Virus record (IMG/VR): IMGVR_UViG_3300028654_000014
Span: 1-64,000 of that record
Source of the DNA: a virus
Strand: one strand, 5' to 3'
DNA: 64,000 nt
Notes under the pieces: model-generated
Told to the model about the DNA's origin: nothing
Database searches by the model: none
What the model saw: the letters and a program-made list of their open reading frames with translations, nothing else
Shown here: piece after piece, positions 10,065 through 19,804 of the stretch
Numbering within the stretch: the stretch's first letter is position 1
Layout of the letters: each line of letters starts with the position of its first letter
Made by a program: the position numbers and the translations under genes

Positions 10065-10216
10065 TAGCAGATCAAGGATTTAAATACATAGGTATCCAAA
10101 GATTTTGGTTATTTAAAGATAATATTGTATATAATTTAAATGAAAAAGTTATAGCTAAACATTTAAGTCAACCAGTAATGAATCAAGATGAAATATTAGT
10201 ACTTGAATATGAATGA
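10046..10216 (+). CDS. tagged micro-ORF (ends LVLEYE)
   Basis: ORF-track 10031..10216. Confidence 0.7.
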   Translation: MSRAKLVADQGFKYIGIQRFWLFKDNIVYNLNEKVIAKHLSQPVMNQDEILVLEYE

Positions 10217-10358
10217 ACTATTTTATAAAGATGATATGTTTATAAAATCAAATGAAGAAGAAATATGTTTTTATGGTTATAAATATACAATGATAGGAAA
10301 TTCATATCTTAATTCACATATAATTCAATCTGGAACTTTCATATTAACTTATGATTGA
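10209..10358 (+). CDS. tagged micro-ORF MNELFYKDD...FILTYD
   Basis: Hand-translated. Confidence 0.75.
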   Translation: MNELFYKDDMFIKSNEEEICFYGYKYTMIGNSYLNSHIIQSGTFILTYD

Positions 10359-10470
10359 ACTATATTGTAGAGATGATATATTTTTTATTCATGTTGGTAA
10401 TGAATTTAAACAATTTGATTTTGATCAACATTTAGATGGAATACATTCACTTATATTAACTTATGAATAG
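10351..10470 (+). CDS. tagged micro-ORF MIELYCRDD...LILTYE
   Basis: Hand-translated. Confidence 0.75.
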   Translation: MIELYCRDDIFFIHVGNEFKQFDFDQHLDGIHSLILTYE

Positions 10471-10591
10471 AATACTAACAATTGTAATATTTGAAAGTGG
10501 CGAAAAAATCTTTTGGTTTGGAAAATATTCAGTATATAAACAAGTTCCAGTGGCAGATGGAAAAGAAATAATAATTTTGAGGTATGAATGA
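10463..10591 (+). CDS. tagged micro-ORF MNRILTIV...IILRYE
   Basis: Hand-translated. Confidence 0.75.
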   Translation: MNRILTIVIFESGEKIFWFGKYSVYKQVPVADGKEIIILRYE

Positions 10592-11073
10592 AATTTTTAA
10601 AATTAACTAACGTTTCAATAGATTATAATTATCAAGTGCATCTTACAAATGGAAGTTCACAGATAACAAATCAAGGATTATTAGCAGGAGGAATTAATTC
10701 AGCATTTGGTGGAATTTATTCAGGGCCAGGCACTCAACAATATCAAAATGCACAACAATCTCAACAAGGATCAAATTATAACCAACAGCAACAACTCGGT
10801 ATCAACCAATCTATTTATAATCAATTACACCAATCACCAATGCAATCTTATATTAAAAAATCAGTAATGATTCCAATAGATAACATAAATTACTTCATAG
10901 AAGAGAAAATGAATGGTAATAATACAATAATACACTTTAAAACTCCATTTCCAAATGGTGATCAATTTCTTGGACCAACATATACCTTACATGTTGAAGA
11001 AACTATTGATATGATTGAGAAACAAATACATACCCAACAATTCAACAATAAAATGGATGAGTTATTAAAATAA
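10588..11073 (+). CDS. FlbD-like small domain with Q/G-rich insert and FxxKMD C-terminal tag
   Basis: MKFLKLT...IPIDNINYFIEE...TIIHF...VEETIDMI; ends QQFNNKMDELLK. Confidence 0.55.
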   Translation: MKFLKLTNVSIDYNYQVHLTNGSSQITNQGLLAGGINSAFGGIYSGPGTQQYQNAQQSQQGSNYNQQQQLGINQSIYNQLHQSPMQSYIKKSVMIPIDNINYFIEEKMNGNNTIIHFKTPFPNGDQFLGPTYTLHVEETIDMIEKQIHTQQFNNKMDELLK

Positions 11074-11076
11074 ACA

Positions 11077-11105
11077 TTGACAATGAAGATAATTAATAGT
11101 ATAAT
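11077..11105 (+). promoter_or_regulatory. consensus sigma70 promoter
   Basis: TTGACA-17-TATAAT. Confidence 0.8.
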
Positions 11106-11136
11106 ACAATATATAAGTAATTTAAGGAGCAAATTA

Positions 11137-11421
11137 ATGGCTAAGATGAAAAAACATGTAGATGAAGAGAAAGCAGTTGAAATGGAACAAGAAGTAGTTC
11201 AAAAAGAACAACCAGAAGCTCCTGTAGAAATATTGGATAGTTTTGCATTGGGAGTTGCAAAAGACAATGAATCAGGTCGATGGTTTGTTATTAAAATTCC
11301 TTTTAATATTAAAACAGGTCAAACAGGATCTCCTATAAAATTAGGTGAAGGAGATGATAGAAGTATTTGTCTCGAAAGATTTAGAATTGAAGCAGCTAAT
11401 ACTTTAATGGGAGAAGTTTAA
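11137..11421 (+). CDS. hypothetical protein
   Basis: AAGGAG SD before ATG 11137; the longer TTG start coincides with the -35 box. Confidence 0.7.
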   Translation: MAKMKKHVDEEKAVEMEQEVVQKEQPEAPVEILDSFALGVAKDNESGRWFVIKIPFNIKTGQTGSPIKLGEGDDRSICLERFRIEAANTLMGEV

Positions 11422-11597
11422 AATGAAACTATTTTTACCATCAATTTTATCACTATTAACTTCTGGAGCAATTGGATATTTTCTATGCGATTTAGCTTTA
11501 AAAGTTGATAAAAGAGAAACAACAATCATTGTATTACTAATAGTAATGAATATGATTTTAAAAAGTATTATATTTTCAAATGTAAAAGGAGATTCAA

Positions 11598-12125
11598 ATG
11601 TCGCAAAATAGTTTAATTGTAACAAGTGCAGAAAATGCTGAACTTTTTCAAGCGTTAGCAGCTGCGAAAAGAATAATTCAACCTGTTGTAAAGAAAGGTG
11701 AAAATCCTCATTTTAAATCAGCATTTGCAACTTTAGCAGATACTTTAGATGCAGTAGAAGGTCCACTTTTGGATCAAGGAATTCTACTAATACAACCAAA
11801 TTGTACAGATGGAGTTTCAAATTTTGTAACTACAAGACTTATTCATTTAAAAACTGGACAATTTATTGAAAGTTCTGTAAAATTGGAACTTGCTAAAACA
11901 AATATGCAAGAGATAGGAAGCGCAACAACTTATGCCAAGCGTCAAACTATTACATCACTCTTAGGTCTAAGAACAATAGATGATGATGCTGAAGCTTCAA
12001 TGAATCGTTCATCTTCAAATGGTAAAACCAATGTTACAAGAGGATCTTTTAAAAAAGAAGCTGATCGTAGTTCTGTAGCAGAGAAACAGATTAATGCAGC
12101 AGCAAGTGATGATTGGGATAATTAA
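11598..12125 (+). CDS. ERF-family single-strand annealing protein
   Basis: KGENPHFKS.FA.L.D, GSATTYAKR, DDDA motifs. Confidence 0.85.
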   Translation: MSQNSLIVTSAENAELFQALAAAKRIIQPVVKKGENPHFKSAFATLADTLDAVEGPLLDQGILLIQPNCTDGVSNFVTTRLIHLKTGQFIESSVKLELAKTNMQEIGSATTYAKRQTITSLLGLRTIDDDAEASMNRSSSNGKTNVTRGSFKKEADRSSVAEKQINAAASDDWDN

Positions 12126-12276
12126 TGATAGTAATTCTAATATCAATACTAATCATATCATTACCAATGATTATAATTAATCAATTAGAACCAGTTCCAG
12201 TAAAAGAAGATAAAGTAGCTAAAGATAATTGTAAAAATTGTAAATGCGATAAATGACCAAACCGTTGATTATTTAT

Positions 12277-12305
12277 TTGACAGTTTCAATATTATTTGGT
12301 ATAAT
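12277..12305 (+). promoter_or_regulatory. consensus sigma70 promoter
   Basis: TTGACA-17-TATAAT with extended -10 TG; lies inside a small membrane ORF. Confidence 0.7.
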
Positions 12306-12364
12306 ATCTTTAATAGGTTTGAATTATTTAAGAAAGATTGTTAAATTATTAGAAAGGAAAGATA

Positions 12365-13951
12365 ATGAAAAATAAATTACTAATTGGATCATTAGTATTA
12401 TTTGTAATTGCAACTGTTTTAGGAATTGTTTCAACAGCAGGTATTGATAATCAAAGAGAATTACTTAGAAGTTTCCATTTAGGAAGTACTTCTTTATTTC
12501 TAGGATTATTAGGAGTTGGAACATTAGTTATTGCAAAATTATGGAATGAAGATACTCAAATTTCAACATCTGATAAAAAGAAAATTGCAAAATGAAAAGA
12601 GTCGATAGAATTCAATTAAACACTTTAAGTAAACTTTTATTTGGTACTTCATCAAAATGGCAAAAATTGATGAAAGGTCAAACAAAAACAATGAAAGAAA
12701 CTTTAGAAGATGGATCTGAACGAAAGTTTCAAGGAACTCATTATTCTTCTCTTGAAGAGATCAAAAAACAAATGGATGATCTTTTCAAAGAGAAAGTTTT
12801 AAAGGAAGAGAAACAAAAAGAAGAAGCTAATAAAGTTACTGTTACAAGTGAAAATAAAGCAGTAGGAACAAGATTTGAAGAAGTAGTGAAAGAGGAAGAA
12901 AATGACGAATTTATCAGAACAAATTGAACCAGCACTTCCAACAGGTGAAGAAGTTGAAAAAGAACTTTTAAGACGAGAACAAGAAAATCCTCATATATTA
13001 GATAATCATGCAACATTTTTTGCATTGTATATTCCAAAACTCATGCAAATGTTAGATGGTATGAATAAAAAAGCTCTTTTAAGAGTCATTGAATTAGCAG
13101 TAAAACATCCAATTGAAGAAAGTGATAAAAAACTTCTAAGTGTATCAGAAAATAACGCTTTTAATACTTTAAATCAATTAATGACTTCAAAATATTCCAT
13201 GATTATTTATACAGGAATGGAAGAAATGGAACGTCAAGAAGCAGAAAAAGCAAAAGAAGTTAATATAGAATCAGTGATAGAAACAAGTTTTAACGGAGAT
13301 GAAAATGAGTCAAAATCTTAAAGCAATAGATGATACAGGATTGATTAGTAATTTAAATACATTAACAACAGGATCAGTACTTTTATCAAATAGTGTAAAT
13401 GGTGGAACTGGTGGTAATGGAATTAATTCTATAACCGGAGGTTTAGATTTAAATACTAATACGGGCAGTGGAATTGCAACAAATTCATGGTATGTTCCAA
13501 CAACTACATTAGCTTATAGTTATTGGTATCCAACATTACCAGTCCCAACAGTTTCAATTGATAAAGTTGAAAATGGATTTATAATTACAAAAGATAATAA
13601 AAGATTTGTAGCTAAAAAAGCTGAAGAAATTCTTAAATATTTAAAAGGAGAAGAAAAATGAGTGAAGTAAAAGCAAAAACTGTAAGATTGGGGACAATTC
13701 TTCAAACAGATGCAGAAAAAGGTCCCTTTATGATTTTGGGCAATAATAAAAACAAAGACCCAAAATATGATTATACAGTTCAAATTAGAGTTTTGCAAGG
13801 AAGTCCAAAAACTCCAGAAGAATTTAAAAAGGCTACAGTTTTGTATAGTGGAACTAATCCATTGGTTTATATGAATAAGCCACGAGGAGAAAATGTTCCA
13901 AAAATTGTAAAACATGAATTGGCTGTGCCTTTAAAATTAGTAGAAGATTAA
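12365..13951 (+). other. run of five coupled hypothetical genes (12365..12595, 12592..12927, 12902..13321, 13299..13661, 13658..13951)
   Basis: ORF track, overlapping start/stop codons. Confidence 0.65.
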
Positions 13952-13952
13952 T

Positions 13953-14228
13953 TTATATACGTAGTAAAACTACTTATAAAGTCCATTGAAAAGTGGAAGT
14001 TGTTTCTGAAAAGAACATAAACGTTAGCGAATGAAATAACTAACGTTAGGGTCTGTGAGTGCAAATCTCACATAAATCAGGAATGGGTAAATCGTTCGAG
14101 TCGATGGTCCTGATGTATATAATTTATCCCAGTAATTATTCAGTCACATGGAGTAATTACAAATACCTTATTCCTCCCCTCTAAGGTATTTCCTTTCAAA
14201 GTTGTGAACAAGCCGGAGGTAATCCGGC
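13953..14228 (+). ncRNA. candidate structured RNA (multi-branch, GAAA tetraloops, T-loop-like hairpins)
   Basis: Closing helix TTATATAC 13953-13960 / GTATATAA 14115-14122 encloses six stems; three more hairpins to 14228. Confidence 0.55.
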
Positions 14229-14250
14229 ATTAAACTAAGGGAGTGATTGA

Positions 14251-16170
14251 ATGATGTCTCAAAAATATGTTAGATTAACAAAACATTTTCAAGATAAGGG
14301 AATTTTAGTAAAACAAGAAGAAGTTTCCAGTCAAATTAAAGATAAGAACAAAGAACACTATCAAAGTACCTATTATTACAATGAAGAACATTTTAAAGAG
14401 TTTCAAAAAGTTGGTTCGATAAAAGGAATCAAAGATGTTACTACTAATCAAATTTGGTGGGATTTTGATTCTTCAGATTTAAAATTAGCCCGAAAAGATA
14501 CAATTGAACTTGTAAAGCGTTTAAATGATTATAAAATTACATCTGATCAATTAGAAATTTATTTCTCAGGAAATAAAGGATTTCATGTAATTATTAATGT
14601 TGATAAAGAAATCAATAGAAAACAAGTTGAAAACTTCTCAAGACGAGTGGCGAAAGATTTAAAAACATTTGATACAAGTCTTTATGATGAATCACAAGTT
14701 TTAAGAATTCCTGGCACAAAGCATCATAAAACTGAATACTTTAAAACTTCATTAACTCATGATGAATTATTAAATCTTAAAACCGCTGCCCTTTTAGAAA
14801 AAGCCAAAATTCCCCAACAAATAAAATCCTCACAAAAACTAACCCTCCCTGAAAAACTATTTGAAGTTGAAGAAGTAAAAGTTCAACCAGTTACTACAAC
14901 ATTTGACATAAGCGCAAAACCAAAAGGATGGAAGGGTTCAAAATTTGCCCTATTACAAGGATTCTATGGAGCGGGTGAAAGAAGTCAAGCAATGATGATA
15001 ATAGCTTCGACTTGTAGGGCTTTAGGATATGATGAATCCACAACTTACCATATGTGTCTAAGTTCTTTAGAAAAATCATGGGAAAAGAATGGAAAAGGTT
15101 CATTTGATGAAAATGAATTACAAACCAATATTATTAATCAAGTATTTGGAGAACATTGGAATGGAGGACAATATTCGGAAAAAAATGATATGTTCCTTCA
15201 GAAAAAGGCCGATGAGTTGGGAATCAGAGAAATAGCACCAACTTCAACCGTTAATATAAAGGGAGCTTTAAAACTCTTTAAAGGATACGCAAAAAATATT
15301 GATGAATTAACATTAAAAACTGGAATTCAAGAATTAGATGCAAAACAAAGAATAACAGTTGGTATGTCATGGGGAATAATTGCAGCCCCAGGAGTTGGAA
15401 AAACATCTTGTGCATTACAAATGTTACACGCAATGTCAAAAGCTGGGGAATTATGCGTTTATCTTTCATATGATATGTTTGCCCCACACGTTGTTCAAAA
15501 GATCATTCAAAAGCACTGGAAAGGTAATAATATTGAAGAAGTCTTTGAAAAATACAAAGCAGGAGATGAAAAATTTACAAAGGAAGTAGAAGAATTAATT
15601 GAAGTTGAATATCCTAATGTTGAATTTTGTTTTGAAAGTGGCCAATCAATTGATGATATAAAACAAACAATCAGAGATGCTGAACAAAAATGCGGTAAGA
15701 AATGTAAATTTGTAGTAGTAGATTATAATGAATTAGTTATTACAGATGTTTCAGATCCAACACAAAGTTCTAATAAAGTTGCTCAACAAATTAGAGCTTT
15801 GGCATCAAATGAACAAATTTGTATTCTATCACTATTTCAACCTAATAAACTCACCGGAGATCCTTCAGTTGAAATTAAATCATACCGAGCAGCAAAAGGT
15901 GGTTCAGGAATTGAACAATCTGTAAGTTTAATGCTTGGAATGTCCAGACCTGGATTTGACCCCCGCAGACCTGATGATGATAAATATGTATCATTAAATT
16001 GCGTTAAGAATCGAATGGGATCAATCTTTTATGTAGATTTATACTGGAATGGTTATGAAGGAATGGTCCGATCTTTAACAAATGTTGAGAAAGTTGAATT
16101 AAAAGAACTTAGAGCTGCAAGAGAAGCTGAAAAAAATGGAACAAAGTTAGGATTAAATGATGACTGGTGA
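14251..16170 (+). CDS. primase-helicase fusion (AEP primase-polymerase + DnaB-like SF4 helicase)
   Basis: WDFD, FSGNKGFH, RIPGT in the N-half; AAPGVGKT, VVVDY, KNRMG in the C-half. Confidence 0.85.
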   Translation: MMSQKYVRLTKHFQDKGILVKQEEVSSQIKDKNKEHYQSTYYYNEEHFKEFQKVGSIKGIKDVTTNQIWWDFDSSDLKLARKDTIELVKRLNDYKITSDQLEIYFSGNKGFHVIINVDKEINRKQVENFSRRVAKDLKTFDTSLYDESQVLRIPGTKHHKTEYFKTSLTHDELLNLKTAALLEKAKIPQQIKSSQKLTLPEKLFEVEEVKVQPVTTTFDISAKPKGWKGSKFALLQGFYGAGERSQAMMIIASTCRALGYDESTTYHMCLSSLEKSWEKNGKGSFDENELQTNIINQVFGEHWNGGQYSEKNDMFLQKKADELGIREIAPTSTVNIKGALKLFKGYAKNIDELTLKTGIQELDAKQRITVGMSWGIIAAPGVGKTSCALQMLHAMSKAGELCVYLSYDMFAPHVVQKIIQKHWKGNNIEEVFEKYKAGDEKFTKEVEELIEVEYPNVEFCFESGQSIDDIKQTIRDAEQKCGKKCKFVVVDYNELVITDVSDPTQSSNKVAQQIRALASNEQICILSLFQPNKLTGDPSVEIKSYRAAKGGSGIEQSVSLMLGMSRPGFDPRRPDDDKYVSLNCVKNRMGSIFYVDLYWNGYEGMVRSLTNVEKVELKELRAAREAEKNGTKLGLNDDW

Positions 16171-16483
16171 TAAAAATGAGAAAGATTTTGATACATTCTT
16201 TTTAGCTTTTAGTGGTCAACAAGTTACAATAACCACTTCTATAAATGCTAATATAAGCGTCCAAGATAATCATAGTCAAACGATTAATAACTTACCCTTG
16301 TATTATGAAGGTGTTTTAATGGATTATGATAATGAATATTATTATTTAGGTGATGGAAAAGAAGTTAATCAAGCTGTTAGAAAATCTTTAACCGCTCATA
16401 TTGTAGTTAGTCAACCGTCAACAATCTTCGATGATTTATTAAATAAAATACCATTCCCTAATAAAGAGGAAGATATTAATTGA
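16157..16483 (+). CDS. hypothetical protein
   Basis: ORF track; followed by hypothetical 16480..16773. Confidence 0.65.
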   Translation: MMTGDKNEKDFDTFFLAFSGQQVTITTSINANISVQDNHSQTINNLPLYYEGVLMDYDNEYYYLGDGKEVNQAVRKSLTAHIVVSQPSTIFDDLLNKIPFPNKEEDIN

Positions 16484-16769
16484 TGAATAAAGACATTAAC
16501 AATCTTTTAACACTTTTAGAAGTGACAATGATTAATGAAGAAAAGTCTGAATATTTGGAAGTTTCTTATCAAAATGGATTTGTTTATATTTTAAGTTCAA
16601 AAGAAGATTATAAGAATTATACAATAACTGAAAGGATAAAAGGGATATTTGAATTGTTAAAGTTTGAACATAATGACATTCTTTTACAGCATCCAGTAAT
16701 CGTCGAATGTTTTGATTCTTCAGAATTAGATGGGTTATTTTTAATGTATTCTAAAAAGGAATATATAAA

Positions 16770-17357
16770 ATGAGCAGACCAATTATAATATATAAAACAA
16801 AAATATGTAATATTTGTAAAAAGAGGAAGAATGTTGATAAATTTTACTCCAAATATAAATATGGAAAATATAAACATCAAAAAAGTTCACATTGTAGAAA
16901 ATGCGAAAAGTTTAGATTAACGGAAAAAGATAAAATATGGCTAAAAGAATATAGAAAAAAATATTATCCAAAATATTACAAAGAAAATATAAAAGAAATT
17001 CGAAAAAATAATCGCAAATATTATCATTTAAATAAAAAAGAAATTAGTAGAAAAAATAAAGAAAAATACAATAATGACCCAGAATTTAAGATTAGAATAA
17101 AATGTGTAAAATATAAAATTACTGTTGATGAATATAAAAAAAGATTAAAAAAACAAAATAATAAATGTGCAATATGTAAATTACCATCTAATTTATTTAA
17201 TAAAGAATTATTTATTGATCATTGTCACCTAACTGGTAAGTTTAGAGGATTTTTATGTGGAAATTGTAATTTAGGTATAGGTTATTTTAAGGATCGTAAA
17301 AAATTAATGTTATCTGCTATAAAATATTTAGAGAATAATAATGCTAAAACTTATTAA
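16770..17357 (+). CDS. endonuclease VII-like HNH (homing) endonuclease
   Basis: QNNKCAIC...IDHCHLTGKFRGFLCGNCNLGIG. Confidence 0.85.
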   Translation: MSRPIIIYKTKICNICKKRKNVDKFYSKYKYGKYKHQKSSHCRKCEKFRLTEKDKIWLKEYRKKYYPKYYKENIKEIRKNNRKYYHLNKKEISRKNKEKYNNDPEFKIRIKCVKYKITVDEYKKRLKKQNNKCAICKLPSNLFNKELFIDHCHLTGKFRGFLCGNCNLGIGYFKDRKKLMLSAIKYLENNNAKTY

Positions 17358-17760
17358 AGCTTATTTTAAAAAACGAAGGGATGATAATTATTATAATGCT
17401 ATGAAAAATAGTATTATAAGAAATATAATAGATGGTACTAATATTTTCCAAATTCCAGTAGATTTTAATGATCGGCTAAATAATGAACTTTCCTTAATAA
17501 AAACATATTACTTTAAAGAAGAAGGATTTAAGAATTTAAAGATATTATTAGTATTAAAAGATAAAGAACATAAACAATTTAATATCATTGACTTTTATTA
17601 CGGAAAAGAATATAATAAAGATTATATATTGATTTATAAAAGGAAATATAGTAGTAAAATATTTAATACTATACAAATACCAAAGACTTATTTAATTAGT
17701 AAAAAACAGCTGTTACAAATTGATTTTGATAGAAAAATGGATGAAGTGATAGATGATTGA
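17341..17760 (+). CDS. hypothetical protein with FxxKMD C-terminal tag
   Basis: ends QLLQIDFDRKMDEVIDD. Confidence 0.7.
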   Translation: MLKLIKAYFKKRRDDNYYNAMKNSIIRNIIDGTNIFQIPVDFNDRLNNELSLIKTYYFKEEGFKNLKILLVLKDKEHKQFNIIDFYYGKEYNKDYILIYKRKYSSKIFNTIQIPKTYLISKKQLLQIDFDRKMDEVIDD

Positions 17761-17962
17761 AGCTTTTTATTGTAATAGAGATGTTAGTAATAAAGGAAGT
17801 AGTGTTTTTATAAAAAAAGAATTAGAAGGATATTACTTTAGTTGGCGGCCTAAAGATTATTGGGATAAAGGAACAGGAACACAATATCATGATAGTACTT
17901 ATGAATCATTAATAGATTGGTATAAAAATAATAATTTCATCAAAGTTCTTGAATATGATTGA
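17753..17962 (+). CDS. tagged micro-ORF (ends KVLEYD)
   Basis: ORF track. Confidence 0.75.
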   Translation: MIEAFYCNRDVSNKGSSVFIKKELEGYYFSWRPKDYWDKGTGTQYHDSTYESLIDWYKNNNFIKVLEYD

Positions 17963-18149
17963 ATTAAAATATTACATACAAAATGATCATAGAAAAGATT
18001 TTCCAAGAATATGGAATACGTTAATTGTAAAAGGAGAAGTAACACATAGTTGTTATAATAGAGAAGATTGTTTTATTGGTCATTCTGCTGGATCTGTAAA
18101 TAAATGGAAAGAATATGGAAAATTTATTGATATATTAACTTATGATTGA
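17955..18149 (+). CDS. tagged micro-ORF MIELKYY...DILTYD
   Basis: ORF track; ATG 17955. Confidence 0.75.
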   Translation: MIELKYYIQNDHRKDFPRIWNTLIVKGEVTHSCYNREDCFIGHSAGSVNKWKEYGKFIDILTYD

Positions 18150-18324
18150 ATTAAAATATTACACAGAAGATACAAATAAAAATTGGATATTCAGAATAAA
18201 AAATGATAGGGTTCTTAATTATATGTATATTGAAAAGGAAGAATCATATTGGCATGTATGTGGTAATAATATAGATAATCATAAAGAAAATGGGAAAATA
18301 ATTGATATATTAACTTATGAATGA
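18142..18324 (+). CDS. tagged micro-ORF MIELKYY...DILTYE
   Basis: ORF track. Confidence 0.75.
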   Translation: MIELKYYTEDTNKNWIFRIKNDRVLNYMYIEKEESYWHVCGNNIDNHKENGKIIDILTYE

Positions 18325-19804
18325 AATATTATATGGTAAACAAGAATTACAAAAAATAGTATCAATAGAACCTTCAAATAGTTCTGTTGAAATTTTCATT
18401 CAAGATAATCAAGGAAATGTTAAATCAGAATTTGTTGAAAACCGTTCATGGATTTTAAGCCATTTTCCTCTAAAAGACTTTAAAAAACTCCAAGGTAATC
18501 TTTATTATCAATATGGTAAACAATTTAGAGAAAGAAACGAATTTCAAAAAGCTCGAAGCTATTTAAAAAACTCAGACATATTTTCAATTTATGACCCAAA
18601 AGAATCTTTCATGGTTCTAAAGGGTTATACTTATTTTAAAGGATTAAAACACCAAGATGTTACAATTCTTTCATTTGACATTGAAACTACAACAAAAGAT
18701 TTAAATGATCAATCTAAACTTCTACTAATATCCAATACATTTAGAAAAAACGGCATAATTACTAAAAAGCTATTCTCCTATGATGATTATAATGATGAAG
18801 GAGAAATGATTGAAGAATGGTGCAAATGGGTTAGAAAAATGGACCCAAGCATTATAACAGGTCATTATATTTTAGTATTTGATTTGGATTATATTCAATT
18901 CATAGCTAATAAATATAATGTTGCTTTAAAATTAGGCCGAGATGGTTCTAATATGAAAGTTAACAATTATGAATCACAATTTAGAAAAGATGGTTCACAA
19001 TCTTATTCATATTACAAACATTACATTTATGGCCGAGAAATTATTGATGGATACTTTTTAGCTTTAAAATATGATATTGGTAGAAAATATGATAATTATA
19101 AGTTAAAGAATATAATCAAACAAGAAGGATTAGAAAAACAAGGAAGAGTATTTTATGATGCTTCAAAAATCAGAGAGAATTATAAGAATCCTACCGAATG
19201 GGCTAAAATAAAAGAATATTGTATAGATGATTCTGATGATTCATTAGCAATATTTGATTTAATGAGTCCAGCATTATTTTATTCGGCGCAAATGATTCCC
19301 AAACCCTTTCAATTAATATCAGAATGCGCAACAGGTTCACAAATTAATTCAATTATGATGAGAAGTTATTTACAAAATGGTCATAGTTTACCAAGAGCTT
19401 CTGATCCTTTTCCTTTTAAAGGTGCAATATCAATAGGAAATTTTGGAATCTATAGAAATGTATTTAAAGTAGACGTTTCAAGTCTATATCCTTCAATAAT
19501 GATCCAATATGAAGTTTACGATAAAGATAAAGATCCTAATGGAAATTTCTTATATTTGGTAAAAAATCTAACGGAACAAAGACTTATAAATAAAAAATTA
19601 GCAAAAGAAACTGGAGATAATTATTATAAAGGATTAGAACAGAGCCAGAAAATTTTAGTGAATTCTGCTTACGGATTTTTAGCTGCGGCAGGTTTGATAT
19701 TTAATTCTCCTATTAAAGCTGATTTTATTACAGAAACTGGAAGAGATATATTAAAAAAATCTATTTTATGGGCAACAGGAAAAGAATATGACGAAAACAG
19801 TTGA
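18317..19804 (+). CDS. family B DNA polymerase, N-terminal part (3'-5' exonuclease, motifs A and B)
   Basis: SFDIET, FD, YCIDD, DVSSLYPS, KILVNSAYG; lacks the DTDS motif. Confidence 0.9.
   Translation: MNEILYGKQELQKIVSIEPSNSSVEIFIQDNQGNVKSEFVENRSWILSHFPLKDFKKLQGNLYYQYGKQFRERNEFQKARSYLKNSDIFSIYDPKESFMVLKGYTYFKGLKHQDVTILSFDIETTTKDLNDQSKLLLISNTFRKNGIITKKLFSYDDYNDEGEMIEEWCKWVRKMDPSIITGHYILVFDLDYIQFIANKYNVALKLGRDGSNMKVNNYESQFRKDGSQSYSYYKHYIYGREIIDGYFLALKYDIGRKYDNYKLKNIIKQEGLEKQGRVFYDASKIRENYKNPTEWAKIKEYCIDDSDDSLAIFDLMSPALFYSAQMIPKPFQLISECATGSQINSIMMRSYLQNGHSLPRASDPFPFKGAISIGNFGIYRNVFKVDVSSLYPSIMIQYEVYDKDKDPNGNFLYLVKNLTEQRLINKKLAKETGDNYYKGLEQSQKILVNSAYGFLAAAGLIFNSPIKADFITETGRDILKKSILWATGKEYDENS

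Noticed and set aside
14048-14122. tRNA genes
   Set aside because: Only T-arm-like hairpins; no D arm, anticodon arm and acceptor stem in tRNA spacing.
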